Notes: generated by a model not told the origin, from the letters alone. 34,168 nt of DNA from a virus (IMGVR_UViG_3300036779_000090:1-34168), one strand, 5' to 3'. Numbered from the stretch's first letter, positions 1 through 9,225 are shown. Made by a program: numbers and translations.

Positions 1-989
1 TGCTGACCCATCTGGATCAGCACCGCGTCCAATCCAGTGAAGGAATAGACATCAGACTCTAAGCGGTCGTTGGCATCGAGGATACTGATACCCTCGTTTT
101 GTTGGTAGAACCGCAGGAAGTCGATTGCTTGTAACTGTGCCGCCAGCATGTCACCGCCGGTACCGACTGTCTCTTTCCACTTCTCGATAAACAGCTTGCG
201 GACACTGGCACGATTGACCAACTGCGCGGTGCTCGCGGTGGTCATGTCAAAGGACATCAACCGGTCCCACAAGGGTTCCAGCACCGACATGTCCCACAGG
301 TTTTCGCTGAGCCGCTGGTAATACGGCAGCTTGACACCATCAAACCGGATAAACCGCGTGTGATGGATTCGGGTACTCGGCGGCAATGGCGTGTCACCAA
401 CCGTGGTATAAAACTTTGGCTTGCCGTAATCGAGTGACCGTTGATCGGTGACTAGATCAGTGAGTGACGGGTCGACCAGCCAGCGGTCGAGCGGTAACAA
501 ACCGCAGAACGAATCCTTGTCGATGGTATCCTTGCGCAGCGGTGTCTTGGGGTCTTGCCCATCGATCATGATAAAGGCACCGGCACCGCCGTACAATCGT
601 GCCCAGGTGATGGTTTCGGCGAGCTTGTCCCAGATCGCGAACTCCTCGTTAAACGCCGCCTCGATGTCACCGCGCTCGGTCGGGTCCATATCGGAACCAA
701 GGGTGAAACCCTCGCGAGTCATGTCTTCGGCCACCGCTTCGACGCCGGTGCGGCATATCCATGACGAACGGTAGGCAAAATCGAGGATGATGCGCAGCCG
801 CGTGATCGGGTAGTAACCATAGGAACCGTAACTGTTGAGGTTATCGGTACCCATGCCCGTGCGGGTCATAAAGTTCTGGTAAGTGTCACGCACCTGTGTC
901 TGCGTGCGCGGCAACTCCCTTGGTAGCTCGCGGTTACGCTCGCGGCGCGCCGACCGCGCGACACTCTTGCTGCGTTGTGTCTGTGCCAC
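1..989 (-). CDS. Phage portal protein, DUF1073/HI1409 family (3' end runs off the window)
   Basis: Absent from the ORF track, so translated by hand. GTG at 989 follows GGAGGAG and the frame is open to position 3: MAQTQRS...DTYQNFMTRTGMGTDN...AYRSSWICRTGVEAVAEDMTREG...WARLYGGAGAFIMIDGQD...LDRW...YGKPKFY...RIHHTRFIRFDG...WDMSVLE. These are typical DUF1073 portal motifs, and the gene lies downstream of TerL. Confidence 0.88.
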   Translation of the reverse strand, partial: MAQTQRSKSVARSARRERNRELPRELPRTQTQVRDTYQNFMTRTGMGTDNLNSYGSYGYYPITRLRIILDFAYRSSWICRTGVEAVAEDMTREGFTLGSDMDPTERGDIEAAFNEEFAIWDKLAETITWARLYGGAGAFIMIDGQDPKTPLRKDTIDKDSFCGLLPLDRWLVDPSLTDLVTDQRSLDYGKPKFYTTVGDTPLPPSTRIHHTRFIRFDGVKLPYYQRLSENLWDMSVLEPLWDRLMSFDMTTASTAQLVNRASVRKLFIEKWKETVGTGGDMLAAQLQAIDFLRFYQQNEGISILDANDRLESDVYSFTGLDAVLIQMGQ

Positions 990-1007
990 TACCGGCACTC
1001 CTCCATA

Positions 1008-1107
1008 GTGTCTCTAATCGGATTGAGTGGTTCACTCATTGAGTCTGTGTCTATTCAAGGTAGAGGGTTCACTTCCGTTTGCGGCATCTATCTGGCTAAG
1101 TGGCTTA
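1008..1107 (-). repeat. TIGR-like dual-repeat array, about 2.5 units
   Basis: Minus strand reads TAAGCC acttagcca GATAGATGCC gcaaacgga AGTGAACC ctctacctt GAATAGACAC agactcaat GAGTGAACC actcaatcc GATTAGAGACAC. Edge repeats at 1029, 1066, 1102. Confidence 0.8.
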
Positions 1108-2094
1108 CGGTGTCAGCAAATCGTGACCGATCGTAGATTGCGGTACCCGCTGGAACACGCGGATATAGTCGACATCGAGTGACTGCGGCAGTGCCTCGTT
1201 ATCGACACCGTACCGACCGGCCCAGCTACCGCCAACCGCGAGATTGGCAAACAAGTAACATCCCGGCATCGGCTGGTGATCGTCACTCACCCAACTGTAA
1301 TTGAACGCCAGGATCGGCTCGCGGTCGAGGTACACGATCGCTTCGGGTTCCTTGTAATATAGCCCGTAGGTGTGGAACCCGGCGGCGAGATCGTCGTCAC
1401 TCCAATAATACATCCACTGCCAATTGTAGTTATCGACCGCCCAGGTACCTTCGTAACCCTGCGGGTTGGTGTCCCAATTCAGCACCTGGGCACCGCAATG
1501 CAGCATGTGCGTAGTGTCATCCTGGCCGTTGTTGACAATCTCACACTGATCGATTTCCGGTGGCCACGGGACACTCTGATCGTCACCGGGGTTGCGCTCG
1601 GAACCGGCGATCCAGAACGCGGGCCAGCATCCAAGGAACTTTGGTGCGCGCAGACGCGCCTCGAAGTACCACTCGTTACCGTCACCAATCGGGTAACAAT
1701 CCTTGCTGCGCAGCATACCGCTTGGCCAAAAGTCACCATTGTGCGGCAGCGCGGTCAGCTTTAACGCGTTGTCGGTGACAACGTGGTTCCCGGTTTCGCG
1801 GTACCGCTCCCACTCATCGTTGAGGTAATCGAGCATCCCGTCGTCGTAGACATACCGGGTCCAATAGTGCTGCATCAGCTTGTCGTTTGACCAGCCGCCC
1901 ATGCTGGCATTGAGGATGGTACGCCAGTCGGGTGTCAAGTCCATGATCGGCGGTGGTGCTGCGCGCGGTGACTTGGTATGCGGCGGTGACTGATAACCCT
2001 TGTCACCGGGAAACACCCGCATTCGTCGCGGCGGTTGCCTCGACGGTACCGGCTTTTTCAGGCGATCGCTCGGGTAATGATGTGACTGTGCCAT
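1105..2094 (-). CDS. Glycoside hydrolase family 16 (beta-glucanase/laminarinase-like)
   Basis: Motifs SGMLRSK, YFEAR, GCWPAFW, catalytic EIDQCE, FHTYG, NLAVGGSW, VDYIRVFQ. AGGAG RBS precedes 2094, but the true start may be further downstream. Confidence 0.88.
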   Translation of the reverse strand: MAQSHHYPSDRLKKPVPSRQPPRRMRVFPGDKGYQSPPHTKSPRAAPPPIMDLTPDWRTILNASMGGWSNDKLMQHYWTRYVYDDGMLDYLNDEWERYRETGNHVVTDNALKLTALPHNGDFWPSGMLRSKDCYPIGDGNEWYFEARLRAPKFLGCWPAFWIAGSERNPGDDQSVPWPPEIDQCEIVNNGQDDTTHMLHCGAQVLNWDTNPQGYEGTWAVDNYNWQWMYYWSDDDLAAGFHTYGLYYKEPEAIVYLDREPILAFNYSWVSDDHQPMPGCYLFANLAVGGSWAGRYGVDNEALPQSLDVDYIRVFQRVPQSTIGHDLLTP

Positions 2095-2193
2095 TTGTCA
2101 CTCCTATGTGGTACGGACACTGTGGTTCGTGGTAGTGCCCAAATCCGCTAAAGCACTGGGTACACGCGCCGCTGACATTATCAGGGTCTTGCA

Positions 2194-2400
2194 TCAGGTG
2201 GGCTTGATCATTGGTGCGACACGGCGCGCCTCGCTCACTTGTGTGTATTTCGGCGCTTCGGTCACTTTCTCGTTCTTTGGTTTGTCACCCTTGGCAAAGT
2301 TATAGTAACTCCGCGCGCGGGCCAGGACACCACGTTCCCTACCCTGACGTGCGAGTTCCAGGCATTTCAGCCGTAACTCTTCATCGGATGACATTGCCAT
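2194..2400 (-). CDS. Small hypothetical protein
   Basis: 68-aa ORF colinear with the operon. The ATG directly follows an edge repeat. Confidence 0.6.
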   Translation of the reverse strand: MAMSSDEELRLKCLELARQGRERGVLARARSYYNFAKGDKPKNEKVTEAPKYTQVSEARRVAPMIKPT

Positions 2401-2442
2401 GAGTCACTCATCGAGCCTGTTTCTGTTGGCGATCCAGGTTCA
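2401..2442 (-). repeat. Single TIGR-like unit filling a gene junction
   Basis: TGAACC tggatcgcc AACAGAAAC aggctcgat GAGTGACTC then ATG. Confidence 0.7.
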
Positions 2443-3300
2443 CATCGGCACGTAATACAGCCAGAGCCTGCCACCTATCCTCTTCGGTCGGTCGTTGTAT
2501 CCTTTTCGGTCGCGGAACCGGCGGTCTTCGGTCGCCGCACGCCGCCAACGATCCCTAAGATCGTCCCACTTGGAACTGAAATCACCTCGCAGTTTTCCGG
2601 CAGTGACAGCCCGGTCAATAATTCGCTGGTAAATGCGTCGCGCGTCTTCCCTTTGCTCCGCATCGGTACCGTCTTCCTTTTCTGTGCCAATGAACTTTCC
2701 TTTCCCCGGTAACACTTCGATCTTGGTATCAAACTGTTTTGCGGCGTCTGCCACTGCTTGAAGTGTCTCTTGATCCGCGCCATAGACATACACCTTGGCA
2801 CCATCCTGTTTCAGTTGCAGCGTGTGAAACGCCACATTGTGACTCAAGAGGTGGTCGTGTATCTCTTCGGGTGTACCCTTGGCCTCAAAACTTGCAATAT
2901 ATTCGCCACCCTTTCCTGGTACAAATTGCAGAACCTGTAACTGATTCGTGAGGTACCCCTTTAGCGCGAGCGCGAGTTCCGCCCGATCGGGTGTGGTATG
3001 ACGCATATGAGTCACGGTGGAATGTTCCGCGCCGGTCTTCCACGCGCCGAGTACCGGTTCGGTTTCGCTCTCCTCGATCCCGGCCAAGCGATCGATCTCC
3101 GGTGACAGTTCGCGGAACTTGGTTTGCTGTTTTGATTTGAGTGCCTTTAGCGCGGTCGGAAAGTCCAGGTTACCCTCGTTTGGTGACACAAAGCCTTCGG
3201 CACTGCCTTTGGCAACAAACTGGCCACCGTGACTGCCGCCCTTGGCGCGCGGGTGATCGGCCTCAACAAATGCGTCATGGAAGTGGATATGAACCGTCAT
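2440..3300 (-). CDS. Hypothetical protein, possible virion-internal or head-associated protein
   Basis: N-terminus VHIHFHDAFVEADHPRAKGGSHGGQF carries the HPR..GxF peptide common in phage head-module proteins. Lies between TerL and portal. Confidence 0.6.
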   Translation of the reverse strand: MTVHIHFHDAFVEADHPRAKGGSHGGQFVAKGSAEGFVSPNEGNLDFPTALKALKSKQQTKFRELSPEIDRLAGIEESETEPVLGAWKTGAEHSTVTHMRHTTPDRAELALALKGYLTNQLQVLQFVPGKGGEYIASFEAKGTPEEIHDHLLSHNVAFHTLQLKQDGAKVYVYGADQETLQAVADAAKQFDTKIEVLPGKGKFIGTEKEDGTDAEQREDARRIYQRIIDRAVTAGKLRGDFSSKWDDLRDRWRRAATEDRRFRDRKGYNDRPKRIGGRLWLYYVPM

Positions 3301-3446
3301 CGGCTGTCTCACATCCGCCTAGTGCTGGCGATCACCATAATGACCGTGACGGCCACCTACTGGATCAGCACCGGATCGCGGTCACGCGAAGCCGTCGCCA
3401 CTATACAGGTGACGCTGCCAAAATCGCAACTTATCCACCACTCGCC

Positions 3447-3713
3447 CTATGAGTTTGTCGAGCCGCCCGCCCGCTGAGCCTCATACCGCTCGTAAAGCCG
3501 CCGCAGGCGGTCCCTGGCGCTTGCCAGATAGCCCGAATTGCACAGGCGGCACCACGCTGACCCATCCGCGTCTTCGTACCAGTCGCAGTCCTCTGGCGGC
3601 AGCGGGCAATCGAGGTTGTCGCGGAAGCGGGCGATCTCTGCCGGGTCGGGTCTTTTGCCCATCCTGGCCCTCTCCAGGCGCTCTAGCCTGCGTATGAGCG
3701 ACGCCTTGACCAT
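3447..3713 (-). CDS. Hypothetical protein with Cys motifs
   Basis: ATG overlaps the upstream stop (TAATG). Contains CxxC. Confidence 0.55.
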   Translation of the reverse strand: MVKASLIRRLERLERARMGKRPDPAEIARFRDNLDCPLPPEDCDWYEDADGSAWCRLCNSGYLASARDRLRRLYERYEAQRAGGSTNS

Positions 3714-4003
3714 TACGGCCACCACCCCTTGTCGGTGTGCAGCTTGGCGATGTTAGGCACCCAGGTTCCATCGGGCAGCACACCGGGCCGCTCATCGATC
3801 CACGGCGCGCCGCAGATACCACAGACACAGACATCGCTGCCGTCATGCGGCACCGGCACATAATGCTGCGGCTCAAAATCAACAAACCACTCCGAATTGA
3901 CCGCTGGTCGATCGGGTGCCGCGACCAGTTCATGATTAGTCACACAGATACGGTGACCGTTCTCACAAGTGATTATTGCCCCGGCGGGTAACACGGTTGG
4001 CAT
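3713..4003 (-). CDS. Hypothetical Zn-ribbon-like protein
   Basis: CENGH...CGICG motifs. GGAGGTGA RBS immediately after the TerL stop. Confidence 0.65.
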   Translation of the reverse strand: MPTVLPAGAIITCENGHRICVTNHELVAAPDRPAVNSEWFVDFEPQHYVPVPHDGSDVCVCGICGAPWIDERPGVLPDGTWVPNIAKLHTDKGWWP

Positions 4004-4006
4004 GAG

Positions 4007-5530
4007 TCACCTCCCTAGCAGGTAACGCCGCACCACGGCGGCGCGCTCGTCACCAATCACCTGTAACAACGCACCGCACGCGGCGTTGGCCAGATCGTCC
4101 ATACCGCCCTTGGGGTGATCGACACTGTCACGACCGCCGCGTATCGTGCGTAACTCCAACTGGCAAAACTGGTTGAAGAGTCTTTGGTGATCGATCAAGC
4201 GGGCGCGACGGGAATTGAGCAACGGCAGGAAGTTCACGTACATGTCGCTTTTAGTCACTTCGGTCGGCTCGTACATGATCCCGCGCTTGATGAATTGTTC
4301 CCGTGGCCATTCCCCCGCGTAACGGTCACCCATCACCTTGCCGATGCGGTACTTCTTTAGTGTCTCACACAAAGTCTCGGTAGCCTGTTCCGGCTGGAAC
4401 GGCGCGCGTATCTCCTGTACCAGATCGAGAACACCTAAGTCACCTTCGGCGTGGGCGATGGCGATGGTGAAAGAATCACGGCTGCCGCCAGACGGATCGG
4501 CGAACGCGTAGTAGATCGGTCGGTTGGCTTCATCCCACGGTCGCTCGTAAACACCCATATCAGTGCAGCCGCGCACAACGTCACGATCAACATAATCTGC
4601 CAGATCACTACGGAACTCGGCACCGTATTCCGCCGCCGCGAATTCGGGGTCTTCCTCGAATGCCTTCTGTATCTCACCAGGGTAGAGTTCCTCGATGACC
4701 GGATTAAGTTGCTCCGTGGTCGCTTTGATGACCAGGATGTCATTGTCACTTTGTCCAAAATGATCCTCGTATTTCTTGAACAGTAATCCAGACTTCTTGT
4801 GTGGGGAACTGATACCGACAATCATCGAGTTGGGAATGGTCAGCATACCGGGTCGCAACGCGCGATAGGTTTCCACATCCGGTGTCGCTGACTCTTCCGA
4901 CCGGTAGAAGGCGACCTCGTCTAGTATTGCGCAGGCGATCGGATACCCACGCGGCGCGCGGTAGTTATTGGTGGCGACAACGATATCGACACCATTGCGT
5001 AACTCTATCGTGTGACCGGTGATATTGTGATCCAGCCACGGTGACAGTGTGCGATTGGTGTCAAAGTAACCCTTGATGTAACGCCACGCGATCGTCGCTT
5101 GCTCGCGTGTGTTGGCGAGACATGCCACGATCGGGCGTTCACCGGGTCTGAGCTTGGAAGTGTCTACCAGCCGCGCGGCCTCAACCGCGATGACACTCGC
5201 TGTCGAATCCTTGCCGCCTCTTCGGCCCACGATGCACCACAGTTCCTTGACACGGTGTACCGGCGGTAACCGACCGCCAGACACCGTGCTAAAGAACGCG
5301 ACCTCATCGGGTTCCAGCGGCTGGGCAAACGCCGCTTTGAGGATGATACGCCAACCACGCCAAGTGTCACCGCGATGCTGTTTCAGCACATCGGTGATAA
5401 ACTTGACTGGCTGTGTAGGGTAACGTAACCACGCGGGACCGGCGCGCTTGTCACGGTATAATTGTGACGCGATGTTTACCGCGTTTTGGAACATTCTCCG
5501 ATCGTGCGGATCGTCGTAATTGAGGCGCAT
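4007..5530 (-). CDS. terL: Terminase large subunit
   Basis: Walker A GRRGGKD, Walker B AILDE, coupling motif ISSP, RNase H-like nuclease motifs ADPSGGSRDS, GDRYAG and DDLANA. Confidence 0.93.
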   Translation of the reverse strand: MRLNYDDPHDRRMFQNAVNIASQLYRDKRAGPAWLRYPTQPVKFITDVLKQHRGDTWRGWRIILKAAFAQPLEPDEVAFFSTVSGGRLPPVHRVKELWCIVGRRGGKDSTASVIAVEAARLVDTSKLRPGERPIVACLANTREQATIAWRYIKGYFDTNRTLSPWLDHNITGHTIELRNGVDIVVATNNYRAPRGYPIACAILDEVAFYRSEESATPDVETYRALRPGMLTIPNSMIVGISSPHKKSGLLFKKYEDHFGQSDNDILVIKATTEQLNPVIEELYPGEIQKAFEEDPEFAAAEYGAEFRSDLADYVDRDVVRGCTDMGVYERPWDEANRPIYYAFADPSGGSRDSFTIAIAHAEGDLGVLDLVQEIRAPFQPEQATETLCETLKKYRIGKVMGDRYAGEWPREQFIKRGIMYEPTEVTKSDMYVNFLPLLNSRRARLIDHQRLFNQFCQLELRTIRGGRDSVDHPKGGMDDLANAACGALLQVIGDERAAVVRRYLLGR

Positions 5531-5628
5531 CGGTCACTCCACACAAGCTTCGGGCGGCGGAACCGTTGCCTGGAACCGCCGCCCTTAGCCCACCACCACG
5601 TTAAGCGCGACCCAACGCGGCAATCACC

Positions 5629-5817
5629 TTACGCGGCGGGGGTACCCTCGTCTTCGTCTTCCTCACCGTCACCCTCGCCGTCTTCGACTTCACCGTTTTC
5701 CGGCTCGCCTTCGACTTCTGCCTGCGGCTCATCGATCGGGGTACCGGGATGTGTGCCGGGTTCATCAACGGGAACGGTACCGGGTTCGGATTCGGGCGTA
5801 TCGCTCGGACTGGCCAT
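5629..5817 (-). CDS. Small acidic Pro/Glu-rich protein
   Basis: AGGGAG RBS. 62 aa, low complexity. Confidence 0.55.
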   Translation of the reverse strand: MASPSDTPESEPGTVPVDEPGTHPGTPIDEPQAEVEGEPENGEVEDGEGDGEEDEDEGTPAA

Positions 5818-5855
5818 ATAGCTCTCCCTGGTTTGTGGGGGTTACCTAACACTTC

Positions 5856-6220
5856 GGTTTATACTCTTCATCGATGTTTCTGTCTATCAGGATGGCTCAC
5901 TCGTCTGGGATGTTTCCATCGTTGTGGTTGGCTCAGCCTCATTGTGTCTGTCACAGGCTATGGCTCACTTTCCGGATGTGCGTCTGATCACCTTATTTGG
6001 CTCGTTCTTGTATTATGTTTCACTCGATTGAGGTGACTCGCTTACGCTTATGTTTCCAGTCTCTCCCGCTGGCTCATTCTTGGACCCTGTTTCCTTCACC
6101 TAGGGTGACTCGCTCGACGTATTTGTGTCTTTCAGCGTTAATGGCTCGCTCGCTCCAACTGTGTCAATTGCCCTCCATGACTCGTTCGATCGTTGTGTGT
6201 CTGTCGCGTTCTTGGACTAA
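5856..6220 (-). repeat. TIGR-like array, about 10 units
   Basis: Edge repeat (plus strand g(g/a)ctc(a/g)(c/t)tc) at 5894, 5930, 5962, 5999, 6035, 6071, 6107, 6143, 6179, 6215, mostly exactly 36 nt apart. Loop repeat gt(t/g)tc.(a/g/t)tc lies between, with unique 9-nt spacers. Confidence 0.9.
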
Positions 6221-6414
6221 ACCGGAAAAATGATCACCGCGCCATCGATTTCCTCGAATGTTTTTAGTGCCAAGTCGAGTGTCTTATAACGGCGTGACAC
6301 GGTACGCGTCGCGGTCCAGTAACCGGTCTTCCAGTGCATCCACATTAAGTGGAGGTGGAAGTGACCGTCATAGTAACGCAAGCCCCAGGTCGGTCGCACA
6401 TCGGGATAGTTCAT
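6217..6414 (-). CDS. Small hypothetical protein embedded between two arrays
   Basis: MNYPDVRPTWGLRYYDGHF..., 65 aa. The ORF-track extension to 6450 is array sequence. Confidence 0.6.
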   Translation of the reverse strand: MNYPDVRPTWGLRYYDGHFHLHLMWMHWKTGYWTATRTVSRRYKTLDLALKTFEEIDGAVIIFPV

Positions 6415-6421
6415 CTGGTAC

Positions 6422-6672
6422 GTTTCTCTCGTATCAAGTGACTCACACACCAGTTATGATTCTCACCATTGCTGTCGGTTTGGTTCACTCCTGTCTTACG
6501 CCTCAAGTCGGAATCACGGGTTCACTCGCCTTGTCCTGTGTCTATCGCCTAGCTTGGTTCACTTCTGCCGCCTGCGTCTGTTGACTTGAATGGTTCACCC
6601 GGCTCCAATGTCTCCGTCGCTTCATTCGGTTCACTCTTTCTATCTGCTTCGGTCATTTCGCTTGGCTCACTC
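6422..6672 (-). repeat. TIGR-like array, about 6.5 units
   Basis: Edge repeat ggttcactc at 6440, 6482, 6519, 6556, 6592, 6628, 6664. Confidence 0.88.
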
Positions 6673-7359
6673 ACCCGCTACTGCTTCCGTCCTACTGCTG
6701 GGTTCGGGTAGTAACTCACCGGCCTTGGCCACCTGGACGGCGAGTGCTTTCAGCGCGGCGTCACCCTCCTTCTCGGCGATCAACGCGAGCGCGGGCAATC
6801 CCTCATCGATCGCCTCTTGTACCTCTTCGCGGGTCGCGAGGCGTCCCTCACGGTACCACACGGTTTCGACCGGGTCACCCAGGCTGAACAGAACACCCTT
6901 CTCGCCCGCAAACGTGCGGAACGGCTTGGGATACTCGCGGCTCACCCACAGGCACGACACGCCGGGGTTACGCGCCAGGGCAAAACCGGGACCGGGCTTG
7001 TAACCTTCCGGCATGTTTATCTCTCTGCGGTGTGCATGCGGTCGCGCGAGGAACGGGCAAGCCTTGACCGCGAACTCGGCACACTCACGATGCGAGGGCG
7101 GCTCGGAGATCACACGGTTCACCGCGCACATGCAACCGATGACACTGACAAAGTACCTGCCCAAAGGTTCGCCGCATATCCAGCACTGGTGTTTAGACAC
7201 TGCCGGTTGGAACCGGGCGGTATTCACCACGCGGTGATCCGCCTCACCATTAGGCCACGCGACAAACTTGGGTACCGGGAACCCGCGATGATCCACCGCC
7301 AGCCGCTTGATCCTCTCTGGCATCGCGATGCCGTTGAGGGACGCATGATACTCGGTCAT
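6667..7359 (-). CDS. Phage hypothetical protein with Cys/His metal-binding motifs
   Basis: Motifs CWICG, EPPSHRECA, CPFL. 230 aa, flanked by arrays. Confidence 0.75.
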   Translation of the reverse strand: MTEYHASLNGIAMPERIKRLAVDHRGFPVPKFVAWPNGEADHRVVNTARFQPAVSKHQCWICGEPLGRYFVSVIGCMCAVNRVISEPPSHRECAEFAVKACPFLARPHAHRREINMPEGYKPGPGFALARNPGVSCLWVSREYPKPFRTFAGEKGVLFSLGDPVETVWYREGRLATREEVQEAIDEGLPALALIAEKEGDAALKALAVQVAKAGELLPEPSSRTEAVAGE

Positions 7360-7360
7360 T

Positions 7361-7474
7361 GGTCACTTCCCTATTTTGTGTCTATCCAGTAAGCTGGTTC
7401 ACTCAATCCCGTTGCGTCCAGTCTCTTTTGTTGGTTCACTCATCACTTATGCTTCTGTCGCGCAGGCTGGTTCA
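7361..7474 (-). repeat. TIGR-like array, 3 units
   Basis: Edge repeats at 7361, 7396, 7433, 7469. Loop repeats gtgtctatc, gcgtccagtc, gcttctgtc. Confidence 0.85.
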
Positions 7475-7732
7475 GACATAGTAACCGACACTCGGATACG
7501 GGTTGTCACGCCAATCGTTACTGTGCTCCGCGTACATATCATCCCACGCTTGGCGTAACTGGTCAATCAGTGTCTCTTGTATCCGCTTTGCCACCATCAA
7601 GCTCGCATCGGTATACGGCGCGCGACCGATCGCCCTGGCTACCGCATCGAGTCTCTCCTGCGCCTCGATCAGTAACCGCGCCGCTTCCAGATGTTGCTCA
7701 CGGGTTAAGTGACTTAACTTCATCTGTTTCAT
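7472..7732 (-). CDS. Hypothetical protein
   Basis: 86-aa helical ORF with a GGAGAG RBS. Confidence 0.65.
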   Translation of the reverse strand: MKQMKLSHLTREQHLEAARLLIEAQERLDAVARAIGRAPYTDASLMVAKRIQETLIDQLRQAWDDMYAEHSNDWRDNPYPSVGYYV

Positions 7733-7937
7733 CGGTCACTCTCCTGCTCCTGCCGGTACGTCGCTTGAGTACCTCTTCAACGGTAGGGGCGTGGTCTATG
7801 TGCCACTCATGTTGTGACACCGTGATGTTAGTACCATCGTGATGGATACCAATCACACCTTCGGGATGCTGCTTGAGCAATGTCTGCCAAGCACGATCCC
7901 GGTACGCCTCTGCCACTGTGCGGAACCTTTGTCTCAC
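7698..7937 (-). CDS. Hypothetical protein
   Basis: Start overlaps the TerS stop (GTGA). 79 aa. Confidence 0.55.
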   Translation of the reverse strand: MRQRFRTVAEAYRDRAWQTLLKQHPEGVIGIHHDGTNITVSQHEWHIDHAPTVEEVLKRRTGRSRRVTDETDEVKSLNP

Positions 7938-8842
7938 TCCGCGACATCCTCCAGTGCTTCGGGATCAACATCAAAACCCTGTTCCTTGGCAAACATCAGG
8001 AACTGCTTGAGGCGGTCAGCCGACATCTCGGTGATATCGATCGCATCCTCCGGTCGGCGATGTTCCGTCATCCTCAGTGCCAGATCGTTAAGGAAGCTGC
8101 GCGCGTGTGCCTGATCCTTCCATATCGTCTTGACCCCCGCCTTGGTCATCTCGGCACCGTGGAACAGTTCCCGTTCCTCTGCGGTAAAGAACCGGCTGTC
8201 CTTGATCTTGACGATCGGGTGCTTAGTGTCACCTTCACCCCGGCACTCCGGACAATCGGGATGCGGCGGTAGTGTCTCATCGTAACCGGAACCACCCTCA
8301 GGATCAAATATCGGTATCCTAATCGGCTTGCCACTGTGACGGCTGAGCTTGATCGGCTTGTTGATGTGACTCTTCCAGTCACGTTCGAACTCGGCGTGGG
8401 TCCGCTGGTATTCGTGATTGTCACCGTGACAATAACGGCACGGCGGGTTCCACACCTGGACCGGTACCCTGGCACGGGCGAGGCGCAGGTTTTGTGTCAC
8501 CACCTCGCGGAACAAAGTCTCGGCATCAATATTGGTACTCTGGAACAGTTCCCGCTCGATCTCGGCCAAGCGGTTCTGGATGCGTGCCTGACTCAACAAG
8601 CCCCACGCCTTGTGTTGGGCAGTCACCTCCGGGTACCCGGCAGCCACCGCGCTCCACTTTGGCTTGCCGTAGGAATGGCTCACCCAGTGACGCAGGAAAC
8701 GCTCCTCCTGTTCGGTCACCCCGCCGGTCAATTCCACCGGATCAAACGGCATCGGCAATTCATCAAGTGTCACCCGTGCCTTAGGTGTCGCCAAGCTCTC
8801 CACTAGGGCACGGTGGCGAAAGCTCGTCTTATCATTGGGCAT
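7934..8842 (-). CDS. terS: Terminase small subunit with Cys-rich insertion
   Basis: HTH region TEQEERFL..SAVAAGY...A.....LL....IQ, plus CRYCHG...PHPDCPECRGEG, typical of this TerS subtype. Lies upstream of TerL. Confidence 0.78.
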   Translation of the reverse strand: MPNDKTSFRHRALVESLATPKARVTLDELPMPFDPVELTGGVTEQEERFLRHWVSHSYGKPKWSAVAAGYPEVTAQHKAWGLLSQARIQNRLAEIERELFQSTNIDAETLFREVVTQNLRLARARVPVQVWNPPCRYCHGDNHEYQRTHAEFERDWKSHINKPIKLSRHSGKPIRIPIFDPEGGSGYDETLPPHPDCPECRGEGDTKHPIVKIKDSRFFTAEERELFHGAEMTKAGVKTIWKDQAHARSFLNDLALRMTEHRRPEDAIDITEMSADRLKQFLMFAKEQGFDVDPEALEDVAE

Positions 8843-8961
8843 GGGTCACCGATCAGCTTTGTCAAGCACCAACCCGGCATTATCCACATTTAAAACCGGC
8901 AAACAATCGATTTGTCCTAGAGCCGGGATGAAACCTCATTTCCCAAGCTTACCTCATTGTC

Positions 8962-9225
8962 GGTCACGCATTGGTATGTTTCCATCTTACACTTGGTTCA
9001 CTCAAGGCGATTGTGTCTATCCTTGAACGAGGTTCACTCACAGGATATGTATCTTTCGGATAACGTGGTTCACACCATTCGATGTATTTCTGTCTAGGGG
9101 CATGGTTCACGCCGTAAAGGTGTTTCTGTCGCTGATGTGGTTCGTTCATCTAATGTGACTCTGTCATGTAATGTGACTCATTCTACTATTTTGCGTCGGT
9201 CACTTCATCTGACTGTGTGTCTCCC
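8962..9225 (-). repeat. TIGR-like array, about 6-7 units
   Basis: Edge repeats at 8962, 8995, 9031, 9067, 9104, 9139, 9175. Confidence 0.88.

Noticed and set aside
1-989. Anti-CBASS Acb1 label sometimes attached to DUF1073 proteins
   Set aside because: The visible part shows portal motifs and portal synteny only, with no phosphoesterase HxT motifs recognised.
2003-2194. 63-aa Cys/His ORF coupled to the upstream stop (TGATG)
   Set aside because: It overlaps the GH16 start, which has its own RBS, by ~90 nt. I cannot decide between them from sequence alone, so it is not called.
5856-6672. Possible CRISPR array
   Set aside because: No 23-47-nt identical repeats or ~30-nt spacers and no cas genes. 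The layout is two short repeats with two 9-nt spacers.
6667-7359. Array-flanked 230-aa protein as the Tas effector
   Set aside because: No Nop-domain, RuvC or HNH motifs recognised. It looks like a Cys-rich phage hypothetical protein, though a structure search is needed to exclude it fully.
8964-9149. 61-aa ORF with repeating SEP..DT peptides (likewise 10215-10400, 5749-6036, 5997-6233, 6258-6584, 9303-9569)
   Set aside because: These are translations of the 36-nt arrays. The period is a multiple of 3, so frames stay open by chance, and 37- and 32-nt units break the frame.
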